From the NCBI GenBank assembly GCA_018400535.1, contig JAGYMQ010000047.1:4997-68996 (forward strand): a DNA stretch of 64,000 bases. The letters run 5' to 3'. The position numbers and the translations under genes were made by a program. The notes below the pieces were generated by a model. That model saw nothing but the letters and a program-made list of their open reading frames with translations, did not search any database and was not told the origin of the DNA. Below are positions 56,191 through 64,000 of the stretch, one piece after another (position 1 is the first letter of the stretch; every line of letters starts with the position of its first letter). Origin of the DNA: Candidatus Cloacimonadota bacterium. GTDB taxonomy: Bacteria; Cloacimonadota; Cloacimonadia; Cloacimonadales; TCS61.

Positions 56191-56691
56191 CTACAATAAT
56201 TTTTTTAGAGCACTTTCATAATCCGGTTCTTGCGTGATCTCCGGTACCAATTCAGTGTAGATTATTTTTTGTTCTTCATCCAGAATGATCACAACTCGAG
56301 CCAATAATCCTTTCATCGGACCATCAGTAATGCGCAAACCGTAATCTTCACCAAATTTCAGCTCTCGCAGTTCGCTCAAAGTTATCACATTATCCAATCC
56401 TTCTGCTTCGCAAAATCGACTATGAGCAAAAGGCAGATCACGAGAAATGCAGAGCACGGTTGTATTTTCCATCTTTTCTGCTTCGCTGTTGAATCTTCGC
56501 ACGGAAGCAGCGCAGACGGGAGTATCCAGGCTGGGAAAGATATTCAACACTAATTTTTTACCTTTGAAATCATTCAGGGATTTATCCTGCAAAGTCTTAT
56601 CTGTCAAAGAAAAATCCTTTGCTGTTTTCCCAATTTCAGGAAGCTCACCCGAAGTATGGATCGGATTGCCTTTCAATGTAATTTTTGCCAT
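56191..56691 (-). CDS. tpx: Thiol peroxidase
   Basis: 166 aa. [17 protein letters not shown] carries the peroxidatic Cys, and FCEAEG carries the resolving Cys. Its start shares 1 nt with the upstream stop (TAATG). Confidence 0.9.
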   Translation of the reverse strand: MAKITLKGNPIHTSGELPEIGKTAKDFSLTDKTLQDKSLNDFKGKKLVLNIFPSLDTPVCAASVRRFNSEAEKMENTTVLCISRDLPFAHSRFCEAEGLDNVITLSELRELKFGEDYGLRITDGPMKGLLARVVIILDEEQKIIYTELVPEITQEPDYESALKKLL

Positions 56692-57854
56692 TATTTTCCT
56701 CCAATTTGATTTTTTATTTTTTCTTTCACTTTTTGCATTTCTTCTTCGTCAGGAATATATTGCAGTCTAATATTATCCATCATTTCGAATCCACAAGCAG
56801 ACAATTCTTTCTCGATAATGCCGACGCTCTGTCCACCCCAGCCATAAGAGCCAAAAGCCAACCCAATGCGGTCTTTTGGAGCTAATCCTTTCAGATATGT
56901 CAAGAAGGCTGCAACTGTCGGCAAAATATTATTATTCAAAGTAGGTGAACCCACGCAGATGTATTCTGCCGTAAGCAATTCTGTCATTATATCAGAAATG
57001 TGATTATATTGCAAATTCAGCATTTGATTGTGAATTCCTTTTTCATCAAAGGCAGACTGGATAGCATAGGCAATTTTTTTGGTGGAATTCCACATCGTAT
57101 CATAGATGATCAACGCTTTTTTATCAGTTTGATTGGAAGACCATTTTTCGTAAGCAGTCAAAATTTCTGGAATATTTTTTTGCCAGATCAAGCCATGACT
57201 GGGACAGATAGTGTCAATCTCCAGTTTAGAAACGACTTCCAGCGCTTTTTTCACCTGGCGGCTGTAGGGCAGGACGATATTAGCATAATATTTTGCTGCT
57301 TCATTCATCAAGATATTGAAAGGATATTCATCGTCAAACCGTTCTGATGAAGCAATGTGTTGTCCAAAAGCATCATTGGAAAAGAGGATCTTTTCTTCTG
57401 GACAATAGCTCACCATGTTATCTGGCCAATGCACCATCGGCGTCTGTACAAATTGCAGATTTCTTTTTCCCAGATTCAGCGTTTCACCCGATCTTACTTC
57501 CAGAAAATCCCAATTTTGTTTGTAGTGTTTGGGAATGCCTTCGACGCCTTTTGGCGAAGCAACGATCTTTGCTTTAGGAGCTAATTTTTTGATATTTGGC
57601 AGCGAACCGGAATGATCCATTTCGATATGATTTTGAATGATATAATCGATCTTTTGGGGATCGATGATCTCGCTGATGCGTGCGATCTGTTCTTCTGCCA
57701 GATAATATTTCACATTATCGATCAAAGCGATCTTTTCATCGACTATCAGATAGGAATTGTAAGTGGACCCTCTTTGCGTGAGATAACCATGAAAATTCCG
57801 CAGGTCCCAATCAATTCCACCTACCCAATAAATTCCTTTTTTAATTTTCTTCAT
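56691..57854 (-). CDS. Flavodiiron protein (FprA / rubredoxin:oxygen oxidoreductase type)
   Basis: The ATG at 57854 follows AAGGAG. The metallo-beta-lactamase-like motif is HIEMDHSG. The C-terminal flavodoxin domain reads [16 protein letters not shown]. Confidence 0.9.
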   Translation of the reverse strand: MKKIKKGIYWVGGIDWDLRNFHGYLTQRGSTYNSYLIVDEKIALIDNVKYYLAEEQIARISEIIDPQKIDYIIQNHIEMDHSGSLPNIKKLAPKAKIVASPKGVEGIPKHYKQNWDFLEVRSGETLNLGKRNLQFVQTPMVHWPDNMVSYCPEEKILFSNDAFGQHIASSERFDDEYPFNILMNEAAKYYANIVLPYSRQVKKALEVVSKLEIDTICPSHGLIWQKNIPEILTAYEKWSSNQTDKKALIIYDTMWNSTKKIAYAIQSAFDEKGIHNQMLNLQYNHISDIMTELLTAEYICVGSPTLNNNILPTVAAFLTYLKGLAPKDRIGLAFGSYGWGGQSVGIIEKELSACGFEMMDNIRLQYIPDEEEMQKVKEKIKNQIGGK

Positions 57855-57865
57855 CTTCTCTCCTT

Positions 57866-58651
57866 CTATTTTTGGCATTTTGCGCAGAAAAAAGTGCTTC
57901 TACCAGCTTGTTTGATACGAGTTATTTTGTTTCCACATCTGCAATATTTTTTCTGGTAAACTTCTAATTTTTTTTGGAAGTTTCCAGATTTTCCTGATAA
58001 ATCACGAAAATCTGAGATCGTTGTTCCACCTGCTGCGATTGCTTCTTTCATCACATTTTTAGTTTCACTGATGAGCTTTTGTAATTGTTTCTTTTTTAGT
58101 TTGTTCGCTGATTTTCTTGGATCTATCTGAGCACGATGCAAAATTTCATTCGTATAAATATTTCCGAGCCCAGCAAGAACTGTTTGATCAAGCAATATAT
58201 TTTTGATGGGAACTTTTCGATTTTCTATTTTTTTTGCAAAATAATCGAAATTGAAATTTTTCAAAAGCGGTTCAGGACCAAGTTTTTGGATTGGAAAATA
58301 TTCCTGCTGATCTTGTTTGATCACGATCGTTCCGAAAGCCCGTACATCATCAAAAAGTAATTTTTTATCATCATCGAATAAAAACACAGCACGCACGTAT
58401 TTTCTTTCTTTTACTTTTCGATCTACCAAGAGTAATTTACCTGTCATCCGCAAATGAATGATAATGATGGCGTTCGCTTCTAAAATTATATATTTACCTC
58501 TTCTTAAAACATTGCGAATTTTTCCAAGATCCTGTTCAGCATCTCCGACAATTATTTTTGGTCGTTTCGCTTTCAGGGATACGATCTTTTTCCCGATCAC
58601 AGTGTTCTGCAATCCGTTCACAACCGCTTCAACTTCTGGTAGTTCTGGCAT
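57866..58651 (-). CDS. mutM: Formamidopyrimidine-DNA glycosylase
   Basis: 261 aa. It has the N-terminal MPELPEVE, an H2TH region and the C-terminal zinc finger CRCG...CAKCQ. Its ATG directly follows the stop of the Fur-family gene. Confidence 0.9.
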   Translation of the reverse strand: MPELPEVEAVVNGLQNTVIGKKIVSLKAKRPKIIVGDAEQDLGKIRNVLRRGKYIILEANAIIIIHLRMTGKLLLVDRKVKERKYVRAVFLFDDDKKLLFDDVRAFGTIVIKQDQQEYFPIQKLGPEPLLKNFNFDYFAKKIENRKVPIKNILLDQTVLAGLGNIYTNEILHRAQIDPRKSANKLKKKQLQKLISETKNVMKEAIAAGGTTISDFRDLSGKSGNFQKKLEVYQKKYCRCGNKITRIKQAGRSTFFCAKCQK

Positions 58652-59056
58652 CTATTTCTCCAAACAATTTCTGCAAATACCTTTCAAATTCACATGATGT
58701 TCGATGACTTTGTGGCCATCAATAAAATTATTTTCATAATGATCATAGGTTTCGTCGAGGTCATAGATCTTACCGCATTTCAGGCATTTGAAGTGAATGT
58801 GCGGATCGGTATTATATTCATAGCGAATTTCATTTTCAAATAAATGTAATTCAGCGATTATATTTGATTGGGACAGTTTTTTTAGCGTGTTGTAAACAGT
58901 TGTCTTTGAAAGAGTTGGAATCTTTTTTTTCAAAGCTTGATAAACCATGTCAGCTGTTGGATGAGTCCTGTTTTTATCTAAAAATTCCAGTATTTTTATT
59001 CTCTGAAAAGAAGGTGCAATATTATTTTTTGATAACAGATCCTTGTATTTTTTCAT
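58652..59056 (-). CDS. perR: Fur-family metalloregulator, PerR-like by context
   Basis: 134 aa. HTH region is HPTADMVYQALKKKIPTLSKTTVYNTLK. Structural zinc sites are CLKCG...CRNC. It is the first gene of the oxidative-stress array. Confidence 0.75.
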   Translation of the reverse strand: MKKYKDLLSKNNIAPSFQRIKILEFLDKNRTHPTADMVYQALKKKIPTLSKTTVYNTLKKLSQSNIIAELHLFENEIRYEYNTDPHIHFKCLKCGKIYDLDETYDHYENNFIDGHKVIEHHVNLKGICRNCLEK

Positions 59057-59533
59057 CTCAGCTCCTCTTATTTCATCTTTGAACTAATAACAACATAAGA
59101 ATGATTACAAGTTTGGCAAATAAAAAAATGAAAACTTCTTCGGTTTGGAATTAATTTCATAGCTAAAGCTCCAAAGATTGAAACTTCCGAATGTTTCAGC
59201 TTGCTGAATCTTCGGAATGTTGGCTTAATTCGGCATTTCAATATCGAGCATTTCTGAAAAATCATTATCTGAACAATCGTAAGACTTGAAAAAATCCGAT
59301 GTTCATCATTTTGGAGCTTCTCAAAAATTTCTTTCAACTCATATTTGGAAAGATTCAGAAAGTTTTCCCCAAAAATCACATAAACTATAAATTCATACGA
59401 ATTCACCCAAATTTCATAGAATGATTTTTTCAATATTCCTTTTCTCTCTTCTGGATCCTCTTCTCAATGTTTCACTTTTCCCACAATTGAAACAATCTGC
59501 TTGTTATTTTCGATGATTTACAGCGCTAAATGG

Positions 59534-60889
59534 TCATTTCCCCACGCAAAAATTATCGAAGATCTGCTCCAGGATCTTTTCAGACGTAATTTTACCGATA
59601 ATTTCTTCGAGCGCTTCGCTGGCAGATTTTAGATCGAAAGCGGTGAATTCAAGACCCAATTTATTTTTGAAGGAATCGAGAGCGGCTTGCAATGCTTTGA
59701 TCGCCCTTTTTCCGGCAAGGATCTGACGTAGATTGGTCAAGATACCTTCTTGCAGAAATTCTTCTGAGATTTGAATATCCGTGAGCAATTTTTCTTTCAA
59801 TTCTTGAAGACCGTTTTTTGAAGTTGCAGAACAGACCACGTATCCTTTTTTTCGGAAATTTTCAATCTCCTTTCTGGAAAAGATATCGGATTTGTTCAAA
59901 ACTTTGATGATCCTTTCCTTATCTACGATCTGCGTTAATTTCTGATATTCATCTAAGTTTTCATCGCCATCAATGATGAACAATATCTTGTGCGAATTGG
60001 TAATTATCTGATATGAACGTGCGATACCGATCTTTTCGATCTGATTTTCTGTTTGACGCAAACCAGCGGTATCAAATACTTTCAAGAAATATCCTTGCAA
60101 CGCTATCGCTTCTTCCAGATAATCTCGCGTTGTACCCGGATGAGGTGTTACTATCGCCCGGCTCGTTTGCAATAATCGATTGAAAATGCTGGATTTTCCC
60201 ACATTTGGCGCACCGACCAAACTCACTTTCAGGCCATCACGTAAAATCAGCCCTTCTTCACCGGAATCAACCAACTCTTGAATTTCAGCAATCAATGAGC
60301 TTATCTCATTTTCCGTTTTTTGGCGATCTAATTTTTCCAAACCCTGTTCACTAAAATCGATTTCAAGCTCAAACTGAGTTCTCAATTCAATGATTTTTCC
60401 CAAATAGTTTTCGATCCTGTTGCGTAATCTTCCCTCATATTGCTTCAGTGCAGCTAAATGAGAAAATTTCGTTTTCGCCTGCAAAAGATCGCCAACTGCT
60501 TCCGCTTGCGTCAAACCCAATTTATCATTGAAAAAAGCTCGCTGCGTGAATTCGCCCTTTTCCGCAAGCCGACAATCCACTAGTAGTAATTCTAATATTT
60601 TATTTGCGATGAAAACGCTGCCATGACAGGAAATTTCCACAACATCTTCGCCTGTATAACTATGCGGAGCGATGAATTTTGTCACAATAACTTCATCAAT
60701 TACTTGCTTACCAGATTTGATCTTACCGAAAATAGCTTTGTGAGAAGGATAGCGGGAAAATTTATGAGAGGAATTGAATATCTTCTCGACACAAGGAATA
60801 GCATTTCCTCCGCTCACTCTGATGACAGCGATACCACCGATTCCTGGCGGTGTGGAAATCGCAACGATCGTATCTTGTTTGTAATCCAT
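59534..60889 (-). CDS. mnmE: tRNA uridine-5-carboxymethylaminomethyl modification GTPase
   Basis: 451 aa. The G1 motif is GAPNVGKSS, the DTAG motif is present, and the C-terminal tetrapeptide is CVGK. Confidence 0.93.
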   Translation of the reverse strand: MDYKQDTIVAISTPPGIGGIAVIRVSGGNAIPCVEKIFNSSHKFSRYPSHKAIFGKIKSGKQVIDEVIVTKFIAPHSYTGEDVVEISCHGSVFIANKILELLLVDCRLAEKGEFTQRAFFNDKLGLTQAEAVGDLLQAKTKFSHLAALKQYEGRLRNRIENYLGKIIELRTQFELEIDFSEQGLEKLDRQKTENEISSLIAEIQELVDSGEEGLILRDGLKVSLVGAPNVGKSSIFNRLLQTSRAIVTPHPGTTRDYLEEAIALQGYFLKVFDTAGLRQTENQIEKIGIARSYQIITNSHKILFIIDGDENLDEYQKLTQIVDKERIIKVLNKSDIFSRKEIENFRKKGYVVCSATSKNGLQELKEKLLTDIQISEEFLQEGILTNLRQILAGKRAIKALQAALDSFKNKLGLEFTAFDLKSASEALEEIIGKITSEKILEQIFDNFCVGK

Positions 60890-62746
60890 TTAGATCATTG
60901 TTTGAATCTGCTTGAGGATCTGCTCATCTGCCAAGCCCAGTTCTTTTTTCAGGTCATTGGTCTTTCCGTGAGGCACGAATTCATCAGGTAAACCAAAAGA
61001 ATGAACTTCTATTTTATGGTGAGCGATTTTATCTTTGATGACACTGCCAAAACCACCAGTCAGTGCATTTTCTTCGAAGGTAAAAATTTTATCGACTTTT
61101 TGGGAAATTTTTTCCAGCGTCTCTGAATCAAAAGGTTTCAGGAATCTGGCATTGATCAAATAGGGTCTCAGTTCTGAATTCTCAGCACAGATTTTTTCAT
61201 AGACGAATTTTGCTGAGTTAAAGGCTTTCCCAATCCCAATTAAAGCAATATTTTTTCCTGCTTTTTGGATTGCAAATTTACCTGCTTCAATTTTGCTTAT
61301 TGCTGTTTCAGAATTGTCAATATTTCCACGTGGATAACGGATCGCGATCGGGCCACCCTGATAATTTTCTGCAAATTTTAGCATTTCTACGAATTCTTCT
61401 TTGTTGGCTGGTGCCATGATCATTAAATTGGGAACAACGTTCAAATATGAAAGATCAAAAGCGCCATGATGCGTTGCTCCATCTTCTCCTACCAGACCGG
61501 CTCTATCCAGACAGAAAACAACAGGTAGCTTTTGTAACGCGACATCATGAATAAGCTGATCATAAGCTCGTTGCAAAAATGTGGAATAGATAGCCACAAA
61601 TGGCTTTAAACCCTGGATAGCAAGTCCACCCGCAAAAGTAACTGCGTGCTGTTCGGCGATCCCGACATCAAAAAATTGCTCAGGAAATTTTTCGGCGAAT
61701 TCGGTCAGACCTGAACCAACCTTCATAGCAGGTGTAATGACGATCAATTTTTTGTTTTTCTTTGCTAAATTGCACATCGTATCACCAAAAACGCTGGAAT
61801 AACTTGGTTGCTTGATCTTCACCGATTTTCCTGTACGCACTTCATAAGGTCCAAGTCCATGAAAGCGCGGTGCATTTTCTTCCGCATATTCATATCCTTT
61901 CCCCTTTTTTGTTACAATATGAATGAAAACGGGCCCGGTCAGATTATTTTTCACTTTATGAAATATGCGGATCAATCTTGGAATGTCATGGCCATCGATC
62001 GGTCCCAGATATTTAAAGCCGAGATCCTCAAAAATAATATTTGGTGCTAAAGTATTGATCAGGCTTTCTTCCAATTTTCTAGCGCTCAAGATTGCTCGGC
62101 GTTTGATCCTGCCTGGAAAATGCTGCACAAAATCCCACACCAGATTTTTTGCTCGATTGTATGAACGGCTGACTAAAATATTTGTGAGATAGGATTGTAA
62201 CGCTCCAACGTTTTTGGAGATAGACATATTATTATCATTGAGGATAACGATCATATCTTTTTGGAGATGACCAGTATGATTGAGTGCTTCGAATGACATT
62301 CCACCGGTCAATGCACCATCGCCAATGATCGCGATCGTTCTTCCCTTTTTCTGCAATTTTTCTCTGGCAACAGCGATGCCGAGTGCTGCCGAAATCGATG
62401 TGCTCGAATGTCCGACGCCAAAGGCATCATATTTGCTTTCTGCAACGTTATTGAATCCGCTGATGCCATTCAATTGTCGCAAAGAATCAAATCGATCGTT
62501 ACGTTCGGTCAATATTTTATAAGCATAGGATTGATGTCCGACATCCCAGACTATGCGATCTTCTAAAGGATCAAACATTTTAAGAAGAGCGATGACGAGG
62601 TCTGTCGCACCCAAACTTGGCGCCACATGACCGCCATTTTTTGCTGTCACTTCGATGATGCGTTTACGGACTTCTATTGCCAATTTAGATAGATCAGATA
62701 GTGAAAGTTTTTTTACATCTACTGGTGATTTTATTTTATTTAACAT
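60890..62746 (-). CDS. dxs: 1-deoxy-D-xylulose-5-phosphate synthase
   Basis: 618 aa. Motifs are GGHVAPSLG, GHSSTSISAALG and the TPP motif GDGALTGGMSFEALNH. Confidence 0.95.
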   Translation of the reverse strand: MLNKIKSPVDVKKLSLSDLSKLAIEVRKRIIEVTAKNGGHVAPSLGATDLVIALLKMFDPLEDRIVWDVGHQSYAYKILTERNDRFDSLRQLNGISGFNNVAESKYDAFGVGHSSTSISAALGIAVAREKLQKKGRTIAIIGDGALTGGMSFEALNHTGHLQKDMIVILNDNNMSISKNVGALQSYLTNILVSRSYNRAKNLVWDFVQHFPGRIKRRAILSARKLEESLINTLAPNIIFEDLGFKYLGPIDGHDIPRLIRIFHKVKNNLTGPVFIHIVTKKGKGYEYAEENAPRFHGLGPYEVRTGKSVKIKQPSYSSVFGDTMCNLAKKNKKLIVITPAMKVGSGLTEFAEKFPEQFFDVGIAEQHAVTFAGGLAIQGLKPFVAIYSTFLQRAYDQLIHDVALQKLPVVFCLDRAGLVGEDGATHHGAFDLSYLNVVPNLMIMAPANKEEFVEMLKFAENYQGGPIAIRYPRGNIDNSETAISKIEAGKFAIQKAGKNIALIGIGKAFNSAKFVYEKICAENSELRPYLINARFLKPFDSETLEKISQKVDKIFTFEENALTGGFGSVIKDKIAHHKIEVHSFGLPDEFVPHGKTNDLKKELGLADEQILKQIQTMI

Positions 62747-62850
62747 TTCTACCTCTCGCTTTTGCTAATGATCATTTTTGATCTTGTGTGATAATTCTCA
62801 TTTCAGATTTTTATCAAATTAGAAACTTAAAGATATCTGTCAAACTCAAA

Positions 62851-63468
62851 TTACAAAATTGATTTCATCAACCATTTTTTAAAATTATCTATCCCAAATT
62901 TTTTTTTGGAAGAAAAGGCGATTATCTCTTCATCAGAAAGATAAAATTCTTTCTGCAAATTTTGCAAGCTGATTGGAATTCTTGTTTTTCCGATCTTGTC
63001 AGCTTTCGTTGCCACGACTAAAAAAGGGATTTCCATTTTTTTCGCCAGCTCCAGCATTATCTCATCTTTCTCATCTTTTTTGCGGCGAATATCGATCAGA
63101 ATGATGACGCCACGCAATTGAATTCGTTGCTGAAAAAAGATAGCGATCATTTCTTTCCATTTTTCTCGTTCTTTTTTGCTAACTTTTGCATAACCATAGC
63201 CAGGAAGATCAACAAAATTCATAAAGCCGATCTGTTCGGAATCATGCCGGCGAAATCGTATTTGATAAAAATTGATCAGCCTGGTCTTGCCAGGTTTCGT
63301 GCTGATGCGGGCAATTTGTTTACGGTTCAAGATCGTGTTGATGAAAGAAGATTTTCCAACGTTTGATCTTCCCACAAAAGCCAATTCCAAAAAAGCTGAG
63401 GCAGGATATTGATCTGGTTTCACTGCGCTTTTCAAAAATTCAGATTGGATAAAATCGATCATAATCAC
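62851..63468 (-). CDS. engB: Ribosome-biogenesis GTPase YsxC/EngB
   Basis: 205 aa. The G1 motif is GRSNVGKSSFIN, the G3 motif is DLPGYG, and the G4 motif is TKADK. Confidence 0.9.
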   Translation of the reverse strand: MIMIDFIQSEFLKSAVKPDQYPASAFLELAFVGRSNVGKSSFINTILNRKQIARISTKPGKTRLINFYQIRFRRHDSEQIGFMNFVDLPGYGYAKVSKKEREKWKEMIAIFFQQRIQLRGVIILIDIRRKKDEKDEIMLELAKKMEIPFLVVATKADKIGKTRIPISLQNLQKEFYLSDEEIIAFSSKKKFGIDNFKKWLMKSIL

Positions 63469-63839
63469 CTTTCTTCAGAATAGATCACAGAAGTATTGTC
63501 TGATTCCCAGATCTCGACTTGTGCTAATTGGCAATTTTCATTGTTGATACGTTTTTTCATCTCAGAAAAGAAAAAATGTGCAATATTTTCAGACGTTGGA
63601 TTCTTATGACTGAAATCAGTAATTTCATTCAAATATTTATGGTCCAATTTTTTTAGAACTTCATTCATTTTTTCTTTGACAATGCCATAATCGATCGTCA
63701 TTCCAATCTTGTCTGTGCGTTGACAATCGATCGCTACTTTCACCTTCCAATTGTGTCCGTGCAAATTCTGGCAAGCGCCTTGATACCCGAGTAATTTATG
63801 AGCTGCCGAAAAATCGGCGATCACGTTTAAACGAAACAT
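63465..63839 (-). CDS. queD: 6-carboxy-5,6,7,8-tetrahydropterin synthase
   Basis: 124 aa. CQNLHGHNW is the CxxxHGH motif. The size is typical of the family. Confidence 0.88.
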   Translation of the reverse strand: MFRLNVIADFSAAHKLLGYQGACQNLHGHNWKVKVAIDCQRTDKIGMTIDYGIVKEKMNEVLKKLDHKYLNEITDFSHKNPTSENIAHFFFSEMKKRINNENCQLAQVEIWESDNTSVIYSEER

Positions 63840-63960
63840 AAAAGTTCTCCATTAATCTTTTTCTCAAAAATTTTTATAATAATATTTTGTAAAGAACTTT
63901 CAAATTGACAAAAATGAGCCACATTTGAATTTTCCCTTATCAGAAAATGAGGAGCACTGA

Positions 63961-64000
63961 ATGAAATGTAAAGGTAAGATCAAAACTGTAAATAGTTCTG
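63961..64000 (+). CDS. 5' end of an ORF running off the right edge (unknown product)
   Basis: The ATG at 63961 is preceded by GAGGAG. Only 13 codons are visible (MKCKGKIKTVNSS). Confidence 0.3.
   Translation, partial: MKCKGKIKTVNSS

Noticed and set aside
59068-59433. 121-aa minus-strand ORF between mnmE and the perR-like gene.
   Set aside because: It has no SD sequence and an F/I/K/S-rich low-complexity composition, and it occupies the expected promoter/operator region of the oxidative-stress array. I treat it as probably spurious but cannot exclude a real small protein.
63840-63960. Possible preQ1 riboswitch upstream of queD.
   Set aside because: I could not find the conserved preQ1-I or preQ1-II core sequence, or a convincing hairpin-plus-A-rich-tail arrangement, in the minus-strand leader.

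Overview
The window is AT-rich (about one-third G+C by eye), densely coding, and reads cleanly in the standard genetic code. I support about 65 protein genes, one tRNA-Pro(CGG), and no rRNA, CRISPR array, transposase or prophage. Gene content points to a strictly anaerobic, diderm bacterium of the FCB group; Cloacimonadota-like is only my guess.

Ordinary content:
- Housekeeping: glnS, gltX, thrS, holB, dxs, mnmE, engB, queD, queE, fhs, mutM.
- Signalling: a PhoR/PhoB-like pair plus a compact sigma factor, a TPR-fused sigma-54 activator, and a four-gene kinase/receiver cluster.
- Carbohydrate genes: a GH13 amylase and a sugar-binding protein.
- Envelope genes.

Main candidates for something new:
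1. **NqrA-less nqrBCDEF-like membrane redox module (45.5-50.7 kb).** It has no NqrA, RnfC or RnfB partner. It is bracketed by stand-alone diiron (rubrerythrin/ferritin-like) proteins and lies at the distal end of a 13.6 kb same-strand oxidative-stress array headed by a PerR-like repressor.
2. **Four-gene envelope operon of unknown function (10.96-16.1 kb).** A 984-991 aa surface protein has a C-terminal domain, flanked by transmembrane (TM) helices, that looks paralogous to the third gene's product. Two polytopic membrane proteins complete the operon.
3. **ORF-free 780 bp gap (42.26-43.04 kb).** It is packed with 7-8 nt tandem repeats, a canonical G-quadruplex motif, telomere-like G/C-tract arms and phased octamers.
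4. **Window-wide excess of GATC**, roughly 4-5 fold in my hand counts.

All calls come from reading the sequence and from remembered family motifs. No database search was run.
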